The translations under genes were made by a program, and so were the position numbers. From a virus (lineage: Duplodnaviria; Caudoviricetes), in the IMG/VR virus record IMGVR_UViG_3300037312_000804, positions 206-64,205 of that record: a DNA stretch of 64,000 nucleotides; one strand, 5' to 3'. The notes below the pieces were generated by a model. That model had not been told where the DNA came from. It worked only from the letters and a program-made list of their open reading frames with translations, and made no database searches. Positions 17,103 through 26,048 of this stretch are shown piece by piece (position 1 is the first letter of the stretch; every line of letters starts with the position of its first letter).

Positions 17103-17131
17103 ATTATATGGCTACATTTTACGCATGGCAA
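17103..17131 (-). promoter_or_regulatory. Near-consensus sigma70 promoter of MCP
   Basis: TTGCCA-17 nt-TATAAT. Confidence 0.8.
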
Positions 17132-17161
17132 CAAAATTAATGATCGAAAGCAACACAAGGT

Positions 17162-17356
17162 TCATGATGTCATGATGCCCTTGGCGGCGATCAGGCCGAT
17201 GCCGGGCGCCTCGTCCGCCACCTTCTTGACGGTCATGGAGCGCGGCGCATCGACCGCGAGCCGGCCGGACTGGCCCGACTTCTTCTCGAACGTCACGGTG
17301 ACGTCGCCGATTTGCAGTTGCTCGCCGGGTTTCAGGTCGATGCGCATCAGGGCCAT
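17162..17356 (-). CDS. CsrA/RsmA-like small protein
   Basis: 64 aa; LMRIDLKPGEQLQIGDVTVTFEKKSGQSGRLAVDAPRSMTV fits the CsrA beta pattern (G-E-I-G..V...R-I-AP). Confidence 0.65.
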   Translation of the reverse strand: MALMRIDLKPGEQLQIGDVTVTFEKKSGQSGRLAVDAPRSMTVKKVADEAPGIGLIAAKGIMTS

Positions 17357-17380
17357 GTGTCGCTTTCAGTAGTGATTTTG

Positions 17381-18328
17381 TTAAGCGCGGAGGTAGCGCG
17401 CGCGCTGGGCTTCGGACAGATTGGCGACAGCCGCTTCGTACGCTTCGACGTCGCCCGACTTCTGCAGGGCGTTCAGGGATGCGAACTCGCCGCCGCTGGT
17501 GTCGTTCATGTCGGCCGCCGGCAGGGTGCCGATGTTCAGCGGCGCGGCCGGCTTGGGCACCTTGTGCTGCGTGACCTTGGCGGGCGGCGCCTGCGTCGTT
17601 GCGGCCGGCGCGGGCGTCTCGCCCATTTCCAGCTGGACCATGCGGTGCGCCTTGGCCAGCGCCTTCTCGTTCGACAGGCCCTGATTGCTCGGCATGCTGG
17701 CCAATGCCATGATGGATTCGTTCAGGAGCTTGTAGCGTTCGCTGGCCTTGTCCGCATATTCCGGGTGCGAGTTGAGGAAGGCATTGCAGTCGGCAACCCA
17801 CTGGTTCTGGACGCGCTGCTCTTCCATCTTTTGGGCGAGCTCGGCTTCGCGCACCTGCGCCTTGAGGTCGAACTGCTTGTCGTTCAGGGCGTCCAGTTGG
17901 GTCTGGTATTCCTTGCCGGTGACTTCGCCCGTCTCCCACTTCTCGATCAACGCGGCCTTGTCGGCGGCGATCTTGTCGAGTTGTTCCTTGGCGTCGGCGG
18001 GCGCCTGGACGATCAGGATCGGTGCGGGTGCCGGCGCTGCTTGCGGTTGCGGTGCAGGTTCAGCAGCAGCGGCGGGCGCGGGTTCCGGCTCGGCGTCGGG
18101 AGCAGGGGCCGCGTCTGCATCTGCAGCGCCAGCAGCGGGCTCATCGCCAGCAGCAGGAGCGGGATCAGCGGCAGGCGCGGCAGCGTCAGCATCAGCGGCC
18201 TGGGTTTCTGGGTCAGCGTCCGGGTCGACAATTTTTTTCTCCTCTTCTGCGTCGCCTTTGTAGGCGAGGGCGGCTTCTTCTTCAGGGGTCAGGCCGTGGT
18301 CGTCGTTGACGATGTGCTCGTTGCTCAT
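17381..18328 (-). CDS. Capsid scaffolding protein
   Basis: Acidic, Ala/Pro linker, coiled coil; between portal and MCP. Confidence 0.8.
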   Translation of the reverse strand: MSNEHIVNDDHGLTPEEEAALAYKGDAEEEKKIVDPDADPETQAADADAAAPAADPAPAAGDEPAAGAADADAAPAPDAEPEPAPAAAAEPAPQPQAAPAPAPILIVQAPADAKEQLDKIAADKAALIEKWETGEVTGKEYQTQLDALNDKQFDLKAQVREAELAQKMEEQRVQNQWVADCNAFLNSHPEYADKASERYKLLNESIMALASMPSNQGLSNEKALAKAHRMVQLEMGETPAPAATTQAPPAKVTQHKVPKPAAPLNIGTLPAADMNDTSGGEFASLNALQKSGDVEAYEAAVANLSEAQRARYLRA

Positions 18329-18341
18329 GGGGTGCTTCTCC

Positions 18342-20615
18342 TTATTGTGGTTGTGCTGCGACTGGTGCCGGCCCGGCCGGCGGTTGATCTGGTGCGGGTT
18401 GCGGCGGCGGCAGGCCCTGCGCGGCGGCCGACGGCAGATTCAGCGGCACAGGCAGGCCACCTTGCCATCCGCCCTGCTGCAGCAGCCCGTCGCCCACGCG
18501 CGCGATCGTCGGCGCCTGGATCGCCTGCGTGGCGGCGCTCATGGCGCTGTTCGCCGCGGTCATGTTCAGGTTGAGCATGGTGGCGCGCGCGACGTCGACA
18601 TCGGCGTGCTTCTTGGCCGCGCTGGCTTCCTTGTCCGCGATGTTGGCCGCCTGCTCACGCATGGCAAGTTCGGCTTGAGCCTGAGCCATCTGCGCCTGCT
18701 GCGCCTTGGCCTGCTCGGCTGCCATGTCCTCGGGCGTAGGCTCCAGCGCATCAGGGTCTTTCTGGCCGTTGATCGAGCGGATGCGCTTGACGAGTTCTTC
18801 GCGGTTCTCGATGTCCAGCGTGTCGGCCCACAGGTCCAGGATCTGGACGGTGATCTCGGGCGGCAGGCGGGTCATGAGTTCGCCCAGTTGCTCGTTCGAC
18901 GCCTGGCGCATGGTGGCGCGCCAGTCGGCCTCGGAGACGATGAAGTCGGCCTTGCTGCGTGTGATGTCGTTCTCGGGCAGGCCGTCGTTCATGGTGACGA
19001 ACTCGGGCACGCCGCGCATGTTCGTGACGCGGAACTGCTTTTCTTCGGTGGCGAACTGTTCGACCAGCGACAGTTTCTTCTCGCCGTGGATCTGGTGCGC
19101 CAGGCGCAGGTTGTCGAACGGGCCGGACGTTGCGAGACTGCCTTGCTCCTGGCGCTTCTCGACGGCGACGCCCGACACGGCATTCGTCTTGCGGCCCATG
19201 AGCTCGTCGGTGACGCCGCCCACCTGCTGGATCATGCCGACGTCGTGCGCCAGCATCTGCATGTGCGCCTGATCCATGCCGCGCTCGGAATCGGTTTTGA
19301 TCCGTCCGAGCCCACCCTGCGCGAGCCGCACGATGCCATCCGGGCGATTCACCTCCGTCATGAACTCGTCCGGTTTCATGTCGGGCGACAGGGCGCCGTC
19401 CTCGATGTAGACCTTGTTGGTGTTCAGGATGTGCAGCGCCTTCGATGCGCGCTTGTTCACGCCGTCCTGGATCGGGCGCAGGTTGCGCACGAAGCCGTAG
19501 GGCGCGCCGTTGCGGCCGCGGCGGAAGCACCAGATCGGCGTCAGGCTGAAACCGTTGTGGCGGTAGATCGACGGGCCTTCGTGGATCAGGAAGGAGGGTG
19601 TCATGATGGCCACGCGCATGCGCATCATCGGTTTCGTGACGATGGACGCCATGCCCAGGTCGATCTGCTCCTGATGGCGCGGGTCGTTCTCGTCGAAGAT
19701 CTGGCCGTTGAACGGTCCGCCGCGCAGCTTCTTGACGTCCTCGGGGTTGCGGTATTCGGCCTGGATCAGGCGCACGCGGCGGCGCTTGAACTCGGACAGG
19801 CTGCGGCCGGTTGCCGTCTCGCGGTCGGCTTCGGCGCCATCCATGGCCGGATCGCCGTCCACGCCGTCGTAGCCGGTCAGCACCGTGGATTCCTGCACCG
19901 AACGGGAAATCTTGTCGGCCGCGCCAGGGATGTGTTTGAACATGGCGATGGCCACGTCCTCGTCCACCCAGCGGATGCGGAAGCGGTAGCGGTGGTCGTC
20001 GTCGGTGATCTTGCTGCCGGCCGAATCGTAGATGACATTGCGCCACGATTCGCTGCGCTCGTAGATCGGTTCGCCGTCGTCCTCGTCCTGCAGGCCACAC
20101 TCGAGCCAGCCGACGCCCACCTTGGCGGAATCCTCGAACGCGGACGAGCGGTGAAAGCCCGCATAGTTCACGTCCGACAGGTACTTCATGTATTTCGATT
20201 TGCGCTCGGCCGGCTTGGCGTCTTCCTTCCCGCGCGGCAGGATCTTGTCGTCGGTGCGTCCGCGCTTCTCGGAACCGAAGATCCAGTTCAGCGTGACGGC
20301 CAGCACGTTATACGTCGTGGCCGGCTGGCCGCGCTCGTGCAGGATGGCTAGGTCTTCTTCCGATAGCTGGATGCCATCGTAGTAGTCCTCATCCATCGCC
20401 TGCTCGAAGCGGTTGTCGGCCTGAATGTCGAGCTCGCGCCGGTAGAACGACATCAGCTTCGCATGCAACTGCTCCAGGCGTTCCTCTTCGGCGCGCTCGG
20501 CGGCGCCCTTCTCCGTCTCGGGGAACAGCGGGGCGTCTTTCGCCACGCCGCGGTCGGCAGGAGCCGCTTTGACCAGTTTGGTCCGCTTCGGGTCATTCAG
20601 GTCAATGGGCTCCAT
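18342..20615 (-). CDS. Portal protein
   Basis: 757 aa; DEDYYDGIQLS...TYNVLAVTLNWIFGSE...RNLRPIQDGVNKRASK...NAVSGVAV. Confidence 0.92.
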   Translation of the reverse strand: MEPIDLNDPKRTKLVKAAPADRGVAKDAPLFPETEKGAAERAEEERLEQLHAKLMSFYRRELDIQADNRFEQAMDEDYYDGIQLSEEDLAILHERGQPATTYNVLAVTLNWIFGSEKRGRTDDKILPRGKEDAKPAERKSKYMKYLSDVNYAGFHRSSAFEDSAKVGVGWLECGLQDEDDGEPIYERSESWRNVIYDSAGSKITDDDHRYRFRIRWVDEDVAIAMFKHIPGAADKISRSVQESTVLTGYDGVDGDPAMDGAEADRETATGRSLSEFKRRRVRLIQAEYRNPEDVKKLRGGPFNGQIFDENDPRHQEQIDLGMASIVTKPMMRMRVAIMTPSFLIHEGPSIYRHNGFSLTPIWCFRRGRNGAPYGFVRNLRPIQDGVNKRASKALHILNTNKVYIEDGALSPDMKPDEFMTEVNRPDGIVRLAQGGLGRIKTDSERGMDQAHMQMLAHDVGMIQQVGGVTDELMGRKTNAVSGVAVEKRQEQGSLATSGPFDNLRLAHQIHGEKKLSLVEQFATEEKQFRVTNMRGVPEFVTMNDGLPENDITRSKADFIVSEADWRATMRQASNEQLGELMTRLPPEITVQILDLWADTLDIENREELVKRIRSINGQKDPDALEPTPEDMAAEQAKAQQAQMAQAQAELAMREQAANIADKEASAAKKHADVDVARATMLNLNMTAANSAMSAATQAIQAPTIARVGDGLLQQGGWQGGLPVPLNLPSAAAQGLPPPQPAPDQPPAGPAPVAAQPQ

Positions 20616-20633
20616 GCTTCTCCACTTTCAGGT

Positions 20634-21086
20634 TCAGGCTTGCGCCAGAGGTTTGTAGTCGACGACTTCGACCGTGCGCCGCGTGCCGTCGTCGAACGAG
20701 AACGTGGCGTCGGCCGTGATGATCGAACTCATCGGGTTGTTCGGCATCTTGATCAGGTCGCCCAGGTGCGAGTTCACCAGTTCGGCCACCTTCATCGCGT
20801 TGCTCATGCAGTCTTCCATGCCCAGCATGTACAGGAATTCTTTCGACATGCGGGCGAGGTAACGCGCACCGTTGTGCTCGGGATTATATTGCCATGCGGA
20901 ACTTAAAGCTATACAGCAAGGCTTAAATCCTCGCCGGCGGTAGCGCGGGACCAAAACCAGACACGGTTCATAGTCCTGCTGGTCGGTGTTGTAGACCCAT
21001 GTGCCGAAGATCACGAGGTCGCCCGATGGGCGCATGAAGTGGTAGCGCGTCAGGTCGAGCGCCGGGATGCGGGCGGGCGCGTTCAT
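20634..21086 (-). CDS. Conserved hypothetical protein
   Basis: Start MNAPARIPALDLTRYHF; clean coding frame between TerL and portal. Confidence 0.75.
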   Translation of the reverse strand: MNAPARIPALDLTRYHFMRPSGDLVIFGTWVYNTDQQDYEPCLVLVPRYRRRGFKPCCIALSSAWQYNPEHNGARYLARMSKEFLYMLGMEDCMSNAMKVAELVNSHLGDLIKMPNNPMSSIITADATFSFDDGTRRTVEVVDYKPLAQA

Positions 21087-21274
21087 CAGGCGCCACCGAT
21101 GCCGTCGCGCGGCTGCACGTGCTCGGATGGAATCTCCATGCACAGGCCGTCATTGATCTTCACGGCATACAGCACTTTTTTTTCGTCGAAATAGACGCTC
21201 GTGATAGATCCCTCAATCTTCACTTTGTCGCCGACTTGGAATCGGGACGGCAGGGTGATGTCTTCGGTGCTCAT
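21086..21274 (-). CDS. Hypothetical protein (SH3-like)
   Basis: SD AGGAG; LPSRFQVGDKVKI. Confidence 0.65.
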   Translation of the reverse strand: MSTEDITLPSRFQVGDKVKIEGSITSVYFDEKKVLYAVKINDGLCMEIPSEHVQPRDGIGGA

Positions 21275-21612
21275 GGCTTCTCCTTGTTTTTCATGACGGT
21301 GTTGTAGTGATCGCGCACGCTGGTCAGTTCCGCAATTTCTTCATCGACGTGAGGCATGTCATCGTCTCCTTGGCCCTCGCCATCAATGACAAAATTGCGC
21401 TCGGTCGATACCGTAATCACAACGCCGTTCGCGGCCGTGTATGAATCGCCGTCGGACATCGTGGTGCCCACGGAATATCCGATCTCACTTTCCTTTTCGT
21501 AAACCTCATTGATGGCATCCTTGACCATCAGCGAAAACATCCTGTCGCCAGTATTGGGGTGATAGAACGTAAAGCTCACTTGCCGCGCAGGCCATTCGAC
21601 CTTATTGCCCAT
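21271..21612 (-). CDS. AT-richer hypothetical protein (moron-like)
   Basis: SD AAGGAG; visibly lower GC than flanks. Confidence 0.65.
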   Translation of the reverse strand: MGNKVEWPARQVSFTFYHPNTGDRMFSLMVKDAINEVYEKESEIGYSVGTTMSDGDSYTAANGVVITVSTERNFVIDGEGQGDDDMPHVDEEIAELTSVRDHYNTVMKNKEKP

Positions 21613-21679
21613 TGTTCTCTCCTTGGTTGTCGTTCTGTTCGCGCTCGTTGTCGCGGCGCGGGCGGATTGCGTGGTCCAT
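21602..21679 (-). CDS. 25-aa peptide MDHAIRPRRDNEREQNDNQGENNGQ
   Basis: AAGGAG 7 nt before ATG, right after the terL stop. Confidence 0.45.
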   Translation of the reverse strand: MDHAIRPRRDNEREQNDNQGENNGQ

Positions 21680-21702
21680 GTGGTTCTCCTTGTGGTTGTG
21701 GT

Positions 21703-23277
21703 TCAGCCGGCCCGCCAGGAGCCGGTGGTCTTGCGCTTCCAGTTGCCGCTGCTGCCTCCGGCCGACCGGATCATGCCCGCGGCGCGCGCCTGGGCGAACT
21801 GACGGAAGCTGTCGGCGCCTTCGGTGTGGATGTTCTTGAGCGGCTGGTCGGTGTAGCACTGCTGCTGCTCGTTGAACTTCTTCCTGTACATCTCCAGGTG
21901 GGTGAATCCCTCCTTCGTGCCTTCCTTGTCGAACAGGCAGGTGGCGAACGCGTCGCGCGTGGCGCTGATGCCGTGCTGGAGTTCGGACACGACCGGCACG
22001 ATCTCCACGCGCTGCAGGCCCAGTTTCACCAGCATCTGCTGCGGGCTCAGGTTCTCCAGTTCGCCCTGGCGCACGTGCGCGCCGTCGTGCGGCAGGTAGT
22101 GCGTGCCCCAGACGTAGCCCAGCTTCTGCATCTCCTTGACAAAATGTGCATAGGGCTCGCCCCAGCCCTCGATGAACTTGATGAAGTGGTCGCGCAGGCC
22201 GACTTGCTGGTGGAACCAGATGGCCGTGCCGTCGCCGTGGCCGATGTCCCAGAACGTATTGACCGGGATGCCGGGCAGGTAGGGCACGTCGGTCAGGCGG
22301 CCGTCGCGGCGCACCGCGGCGATCTGCTCGCGGTAATAGGTGCCTTCGGTCGACACTTGGAAGCTCTCCTTGAAGGTGGACGGGTATTCCTGCCACATGC
22401 GCTCGGGCCGGCCGGCGAAGTCGGAATCGCGCGTGGCGATGTACCAGTTACGCTGCTCGATGTCGATCTTGTGGCCGACCTCGGCTTCGAGCGCGTCGAA
22501 ATAGGCGTGGTCCTTCTCGCTGATCGGCACGGAGCCGGCGGGCAGGCGGTAGTTCGGTTCCTGCCACCACGCATAGAAGTGCAGGCGGTAGTCGCGCGGC
22601 GTCAGCGGGCGTTTCTCCTGCGCGGTGGCGTCGGACTTCGTGGCGATCTCGTAGAACTCGCCGTCGCGTCCTTCCGTCGTGGACTCGATCACCAGCACGC
22701 CAGACTTCGGCACGGCCGGGATCGAGCCGGTCACGACCTCGCGCGCCTTGTCCGGGTACTTCGCGCAGATCTTGCCGAACTCGGACACGTGCAGGCGGTG
22801 GATCGTGCCGCCGCGCACCGACGTGGCCACGCGGATGACGCTGTTGTTGGAAAAGCGCAGTTCGGTCGCCGTGCACTTCTTGAGCGGCACGGCCGCGCGC
22901 AGTTCATCGGGCAGGTTCTCGTAGGCGAACTTCACCTTGTCGCTGAAGATTGCCTCGGCCGTCTCGCGGTCCTGGGCGATGATGCCGCACCTGCTGTTCG
23001 GGTTGAACAGCGCGTGGTCCAGCCACAGGATGCAGATCAGGGTCGTGAATCCAAGCTGGCGCGCCTTGACGATGACGTTGCGGTGCCACATCCGTTTGAT
23101 GAAGCGGCGCTGCGCCCGGTTCGGCTTGAACGGCATGACCAGCCCGTCGTCGCCGTCGCCGTCGCCCTTGATGATAATTTTGTAAAGCTCGCCCGAACAG
23201 ATGCGCCACATCGGATCGCCAAACCTGGCTTCCAATGCGGCCATTGCCTCCTGCTGGGCGAGCGTATGCGCACTCAT
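21703..23277 (-). CDS. terL: Terminase large subunit
   Basis: IVKARQLGFTT Walker A, LHVSEFG Walker B, VIEST, WDIG..D..AIWF nuclease, H.ADSFR. Confidence 0.95.
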   Translation of the reverse strand: MSAHTLAQQEAMAALEARFGDPMWRICSGELYKIIIKGDGDGDDGLVMPFKPNRAQRRFIKRMWHRNVIVKARQLGFTTLICILWLDHALFNPNSRCGIIAQDRETAEAIFSDKVKFAYENLPDELRAAVPLKKCTATELRFSNNSVIRVATSVRGGTIHRLHVSEFGKICAKYPDKAREVVTGSIPAVPKSGVLVIESTTEGRDGEFYEIATKSDATAQEKRPLTPRDYRLHFYAWWQEPNYRLPAGSVPISEKDHAYFDALEAEVGHKIDIEQRNWYIATRDSDFAGRPERMWQEYPSTFKESFQVSTEGTYYREQIAAVRRDGRLTDVPYLPGIPVNTFWDIGHGDGTAIWFHQQVGLRDHFIKFIEGWGEPYAHFVKEMQKLGYVWGTHYLPHDGAHVRQGELENLSPQQMLVKLGLQRVEIVPVVSELQHGISATRDAFATCLFDKEGTKEGFTHLEMYRKKFNEQQQCYTDQPLKNIHTEGADSFRQFAQARAAGMIRSAGGSSGNWKRKTTGSWRAG

Positions 23278-24005
23278 TCGTCGTCGCTATCGTCCGGCTG
23301 GCCTGACGCGATCGGCAGCGCAGAGCCGGCGACCTTGTCCATCAGCGCCAAGATCGGGTTGTCGGCCTGACCGCCGTGGTTCAAGTCGACCCTCTCGCCG
23401 TAGCGCTTCGGGTCCCACTTCGCCAGCAACTTCAGGCGCGTTTCGATGCGCAGTTTGGAGCGGGCAATCCATTCCGTGTTCGCGCGCGGCCCGTTCTCGC
23501 CCATGATGGTGTCGTTCGTCGTGTCGTCCGCGATGTCCAAGGTTTCCTCGGCAATCGCGTCGAAACCTGCTACGCGCGCGTGCGCGATGCGTGCATCGAA
23601 CTCTGGATGGGCGGCGCGCCACGCATAGACCGTTCTCCATGCAGGCATGTCCGGATGGCGGCATATTTGTCGTAATGGAACGCCCTCGGCAATCAGATCG
23701 CATATGTTCGCTGCCACGTCCTCGTTGTAGGTCGAGACTTGCCCGCGCGGCTTTGCGGCCTGTTTTTCCTCCGATTTAACAGTTTCCGGTTGTTTCTCCG
23801 GTTTTTTCGTCACTTTCTCTTTCTCTTTGGTAACACTGTTAATTTTCGGTGGCTTGTTTGCCCCTTCGGAAAGTACCTTTGCAATATGGTCCTTCCTCTG
23901 CTGCTCATCCATACCAGCCAAGTCGGTCACTTTCCAATTCTTGTTGGAACGTGGCTTCGCTGGCTGTGTGTCGGCCTGCTTCTTGGGTGGCGTCTTGGTG
24001 GTCAT
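23274..24005 (-). CDS. terS: Terminase small subunit (Sf6-like)
   Basis: YNEDVAANICDLIAEGVPLRQIC...RLRIETRLKLLAKWDPKRYG-type motifs. Confidence 0.88.
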   Translation of the reverse strand: MTTKTPPKKQADTQPAKPRSNKNWKVTDLAGMDEQQRKDHIAKVLSEGANKPPKINSVTKEKEKVTKKPEKQPETVKSEEKQAAKPRGQVSTYNEDVAANICDLIAEGVPLRQICRHPDMPAWRTVYAWRAAHPEFDARIAHARVAGFDAIAEETLDIADDTTNDTIMGENGPRANTEWIARSKLRIETRLKLLAKWDPKRYGERVDLNHGGQADNPILALMDKVAGSALPIASGQPDDSDDE

Positions 24006-24056
24006 GCTGCTATCCGGCAACGTTATAGTTGCCTTATGGTATCACGCAGTCATGAT

Positions 24057-24350
24057 TTAAAGAAACATCGAGGCTTCGCCGCTCTTGGCGGGGCCGTCCA
24101 GGTTCAGTGGGACATGCGTGCGGCGGCTGGCGATGCCGATCTCGTTGCAGATGATCAGGTTGACGCGGCCATCGTCGTGCACGTGGCAGATGTCGGCGCG
24201 GAAGGGCTGGTTGTGGTCGTGGGACTTTTCGCACTGCAAGGGCCAGTAGTGGACGATCTGGCCGACGTGCGGGGCGCGCTTGATGATGCACCCGGGGCGG
24301 GCGCTCAGGGCTTCGCCGGTGTTGAAGTATTCCGCTTGAAAAGATGGCAT
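24057..24350 (-). CDS. Hypothetical protein
   Basis: P.VGQIVHYW...ADICHVH..GRVNL phage motif; SD GGAG. Confidence 0.7.
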   Translation of the reverse strand: MPSFQAEYFNTGEALSARPGCIIKRAPHVGQIVHYWPLQCEKSHDHNQPFRADICHVHDDGRVNLIICNEIGIASRRTHVPLNLDGPAKSGEASMFL

Positions 24351-24430
24351 TTCAGGACTCCGTTGTTGTTCTGAAACACCATCGTATTGCCTTTCCTCAG
24401 TGCATTGGTTGCTACCGAGATACACTGTTC

Positions 24431-24610
24431 CTATTCTTTTTCCTTCTCACGAGCTCGCGAGCGGCGGTCGCCCTTGCGGCGGTCTTCCTGGCCGGCGGGC
24501 GGCTGGCCGTTGCTGCGGCGCCGGTCCGAGCCGTAGCGCGCCTGTTCCTCGCGCAAGGTGATCTGTGCATCGATCGTCTTGAACAGCGCTTCCATCTTTT
24601 CGTCCTTCAT
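24431..24610 (-). CDS. Hypothetical 59-aa charged protein
   Basis: SD AAGGAG; MKDEKMEALFKTIDAQ. Confidence 0.6.
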   Translation of the reverse strand: MKDEKMEALFKTIDAQITLREEQARYGSDRRRSNGQPPAGQEDRRKGDRRSRAREKEKE

Positions 24611-24655
24611 GATGCCTCGCTCCTTGGGATGTGCCGGGCGAGCCGCCGGCTGGCT

Positions 24656-25048
24656 TTATTGCTTCTCGTTATTCTGCAACTCGTCAGGAACTTCGTCACC
24701 GAATTTCGATGCCACGTAGGCGCGCATGGCGGCGATCAGCGCGGTGTCTGCGACGCATTCCGGTTCGAGTATCACTGGGGTATGGATGCGTGAATAGCTT
24801 GCCCGCCAGGTGCCATCCACCAGCGACGGCAGCAGGCGGATGCGCTCACGATCAATAATCGGCCCGCCGTGATCCCAGTTGGTGGACGGCTCGTAATCAT
24901 CAGTGCTGCTCTGCATGTTCGGGAATCGCTCCCAGTAGTCAGCGAAATTGCAAAGTACCGGGCGCGGCCATTTTTGATCGACACTTGCGCCTTCAGCTTT
25001 CGCAACCCAGTAATCCAGCAGCGCACCAGTCAGTTCAGCGGTTTTCAT
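24656..25048 (-). CDS. DUF2591-like phage protein
   Basis: MKTAELTGALLDYWVAKAEG...PSTNWDHGGPIIDRE...IAAMRAYVASKFG. Confidence 0.8.
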   Translation of the reverse strand: MKTAELTGALLDYWVAKAEGASVDQKWPRPVLCNFADYWERFPNMQSSTDDYEPSTNWDHGGPIIDRERIRLLPSLVDGTWRASYSRIHTPVILEPECVADTALIAAMRAYVASKFGDEVPDELQNNEKQ

Positions 25049-25217
25049 GTTTGCCTTTCTCTTGCCGTTGTTGAAATAGCTCTTTGCATTCGCGGCTGTT
25101 GTACAGCGCCGAGGGCGTCAGGCCGTTGGCTTTCGCGGCCTGGTAGCGCGTCAGCGTCGGATCGGCGCGCAGCATGGCGATGGCGTTGCGCACCTTGTCG
25201 GTCTGACGGGCGCTCAT
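25035..25217 (-). CDS. Small HTH protein
   Basis: LTRYQAAKANGLTPSALY. Confidence 0.65.
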   Translation of the reverse strand: MSARQTDKVRNAIAMLRADPTLTRYQAAKANGLTPSALYNSRECKELFQQRQEKGKHENR

Positions 25218-25387
25218 AGATCCCCTGTCAGAAGGCAGACGGCAAGGACCAGCACGATCGTCACGCCGATGGAGAAGGCGAACATCTTGCCCGCTTCCCG
25301 CGCGCCCATGTCACGGGCCATTCCGATAAACCATGCGGCAAAGAACGACACCAGTGTGGCAGCGCCTATGATCTGCTTGGGGGTCAT
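25214..25387 (-). CDS. Small membrane protein
   Basis: Two hydrophobic segments. Confidence 0.6.
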   Translation of the reverse strand: MTPKQIIGAATLVSFFAAWFIGMARDMGAREAGKMFAFSIGVTIVLVLAVCLLTGDL

Positions 25388-25596
25388 GAGTTCTCCAGCA
25401 CACGCCAGCCGCAGGGCACGTTCTGGTCCTGCTCGCTGAACGTGTGCCGCGCCACGATGGATATCGGCCACGGCCCGATGCTGTAGTCGTGGAACATCAC
25501 CACCGGCGTCTCCATGAACCGCGTCACGGCGCGATCGAGCGCGCGCGGGTAGTTGAGAATGAAGCGCTCGAATTCCTCGCATGTCACCGCTCTCAT
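25384..25596 (-). CDS. Hypothetical protein
   Basis: Coupled start/stop overlaps on both sides. Confidence 0.6.
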   Translation of the reverse strand: MRAVTCEEFERFILNYPRALDRAVTRFMETPVVMFHDYSIGPWPISIVARHTFSEQDQNVPCGWRVLENS

Positions 25597-26048
25597 GCCG
25601 CCTCCAGTGCGGAAAACCAGTTATTGGGGGCCACGCGCAGGCGCTGGACGGTTTCGTCGGCCTGCGCCAGGCGCACGTGCTTGACGTAGCGCTGGTCGAA
25701 TTCCTTGCCGGCGAGCGCGTTCTTGACGGCGCGCTCCACGTTCTTGCGCCAGCGCTTGCTGTAGTAGCCTGGGTTTTTCTCGGTCGGCGCCGGCTCGTCT
25801 TCTCCCGGCCCGGCGAACCATACAGCGGCAGGATTGCCCACCGTCGGGTTCCATTTGCCGACATGCGCCATGCCGTCGGCGCGCAGCTTGCGCAGGTGCT
25901 TGCAGATGGTCGGCTCCCACATGCCGGTCTTTTCCGCGATGTAGGCGACCGTGCCGCGGCGCCCGCGCTTGATCTTCGGCCAGGTCTTCGCTTCGGGCTC
26001 GAGTAGCAGGGCGCGCACTTCCTCGATTCGGCTCGGGGCTGGCATCAT
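25593..26048 (-). CDS. Winged-HTH protein
   Basis: GTVAYIAEKTGMWEPTICKHLRKLRADGMAHVGKW. Confidence 0.7.
   Translation of the reverse strand: MMPAPSRIEEVRALLLEPEAKTWPKIKRGRRGTVAYIAEKTGMWEPTICKHLRKLRADGMAHVGKWNPTVGNPAAVWFAGPGEDEPAPTEKNPGYYSKRWRKNVERAVKNALAGKEFDQRYVKHVRLAQADETVQRLRVAPNNWFSALEAA

Noticed and set aside
60-24374. Many long plus-strand ORFs in the track (e.g. 1305-3212, 18306-20351, 21559-23370)
   Set aside because: Antisense shadows of GC-rich minus-strand genes; no RBS or motif, and H/R/V/G-biased composition.
3170-24400. GGCAA motif near several late -10 boxes (3185, 7535, 24030, 24388)
   Set aside because: Short, with variable spacing to the -10; expected by chance.
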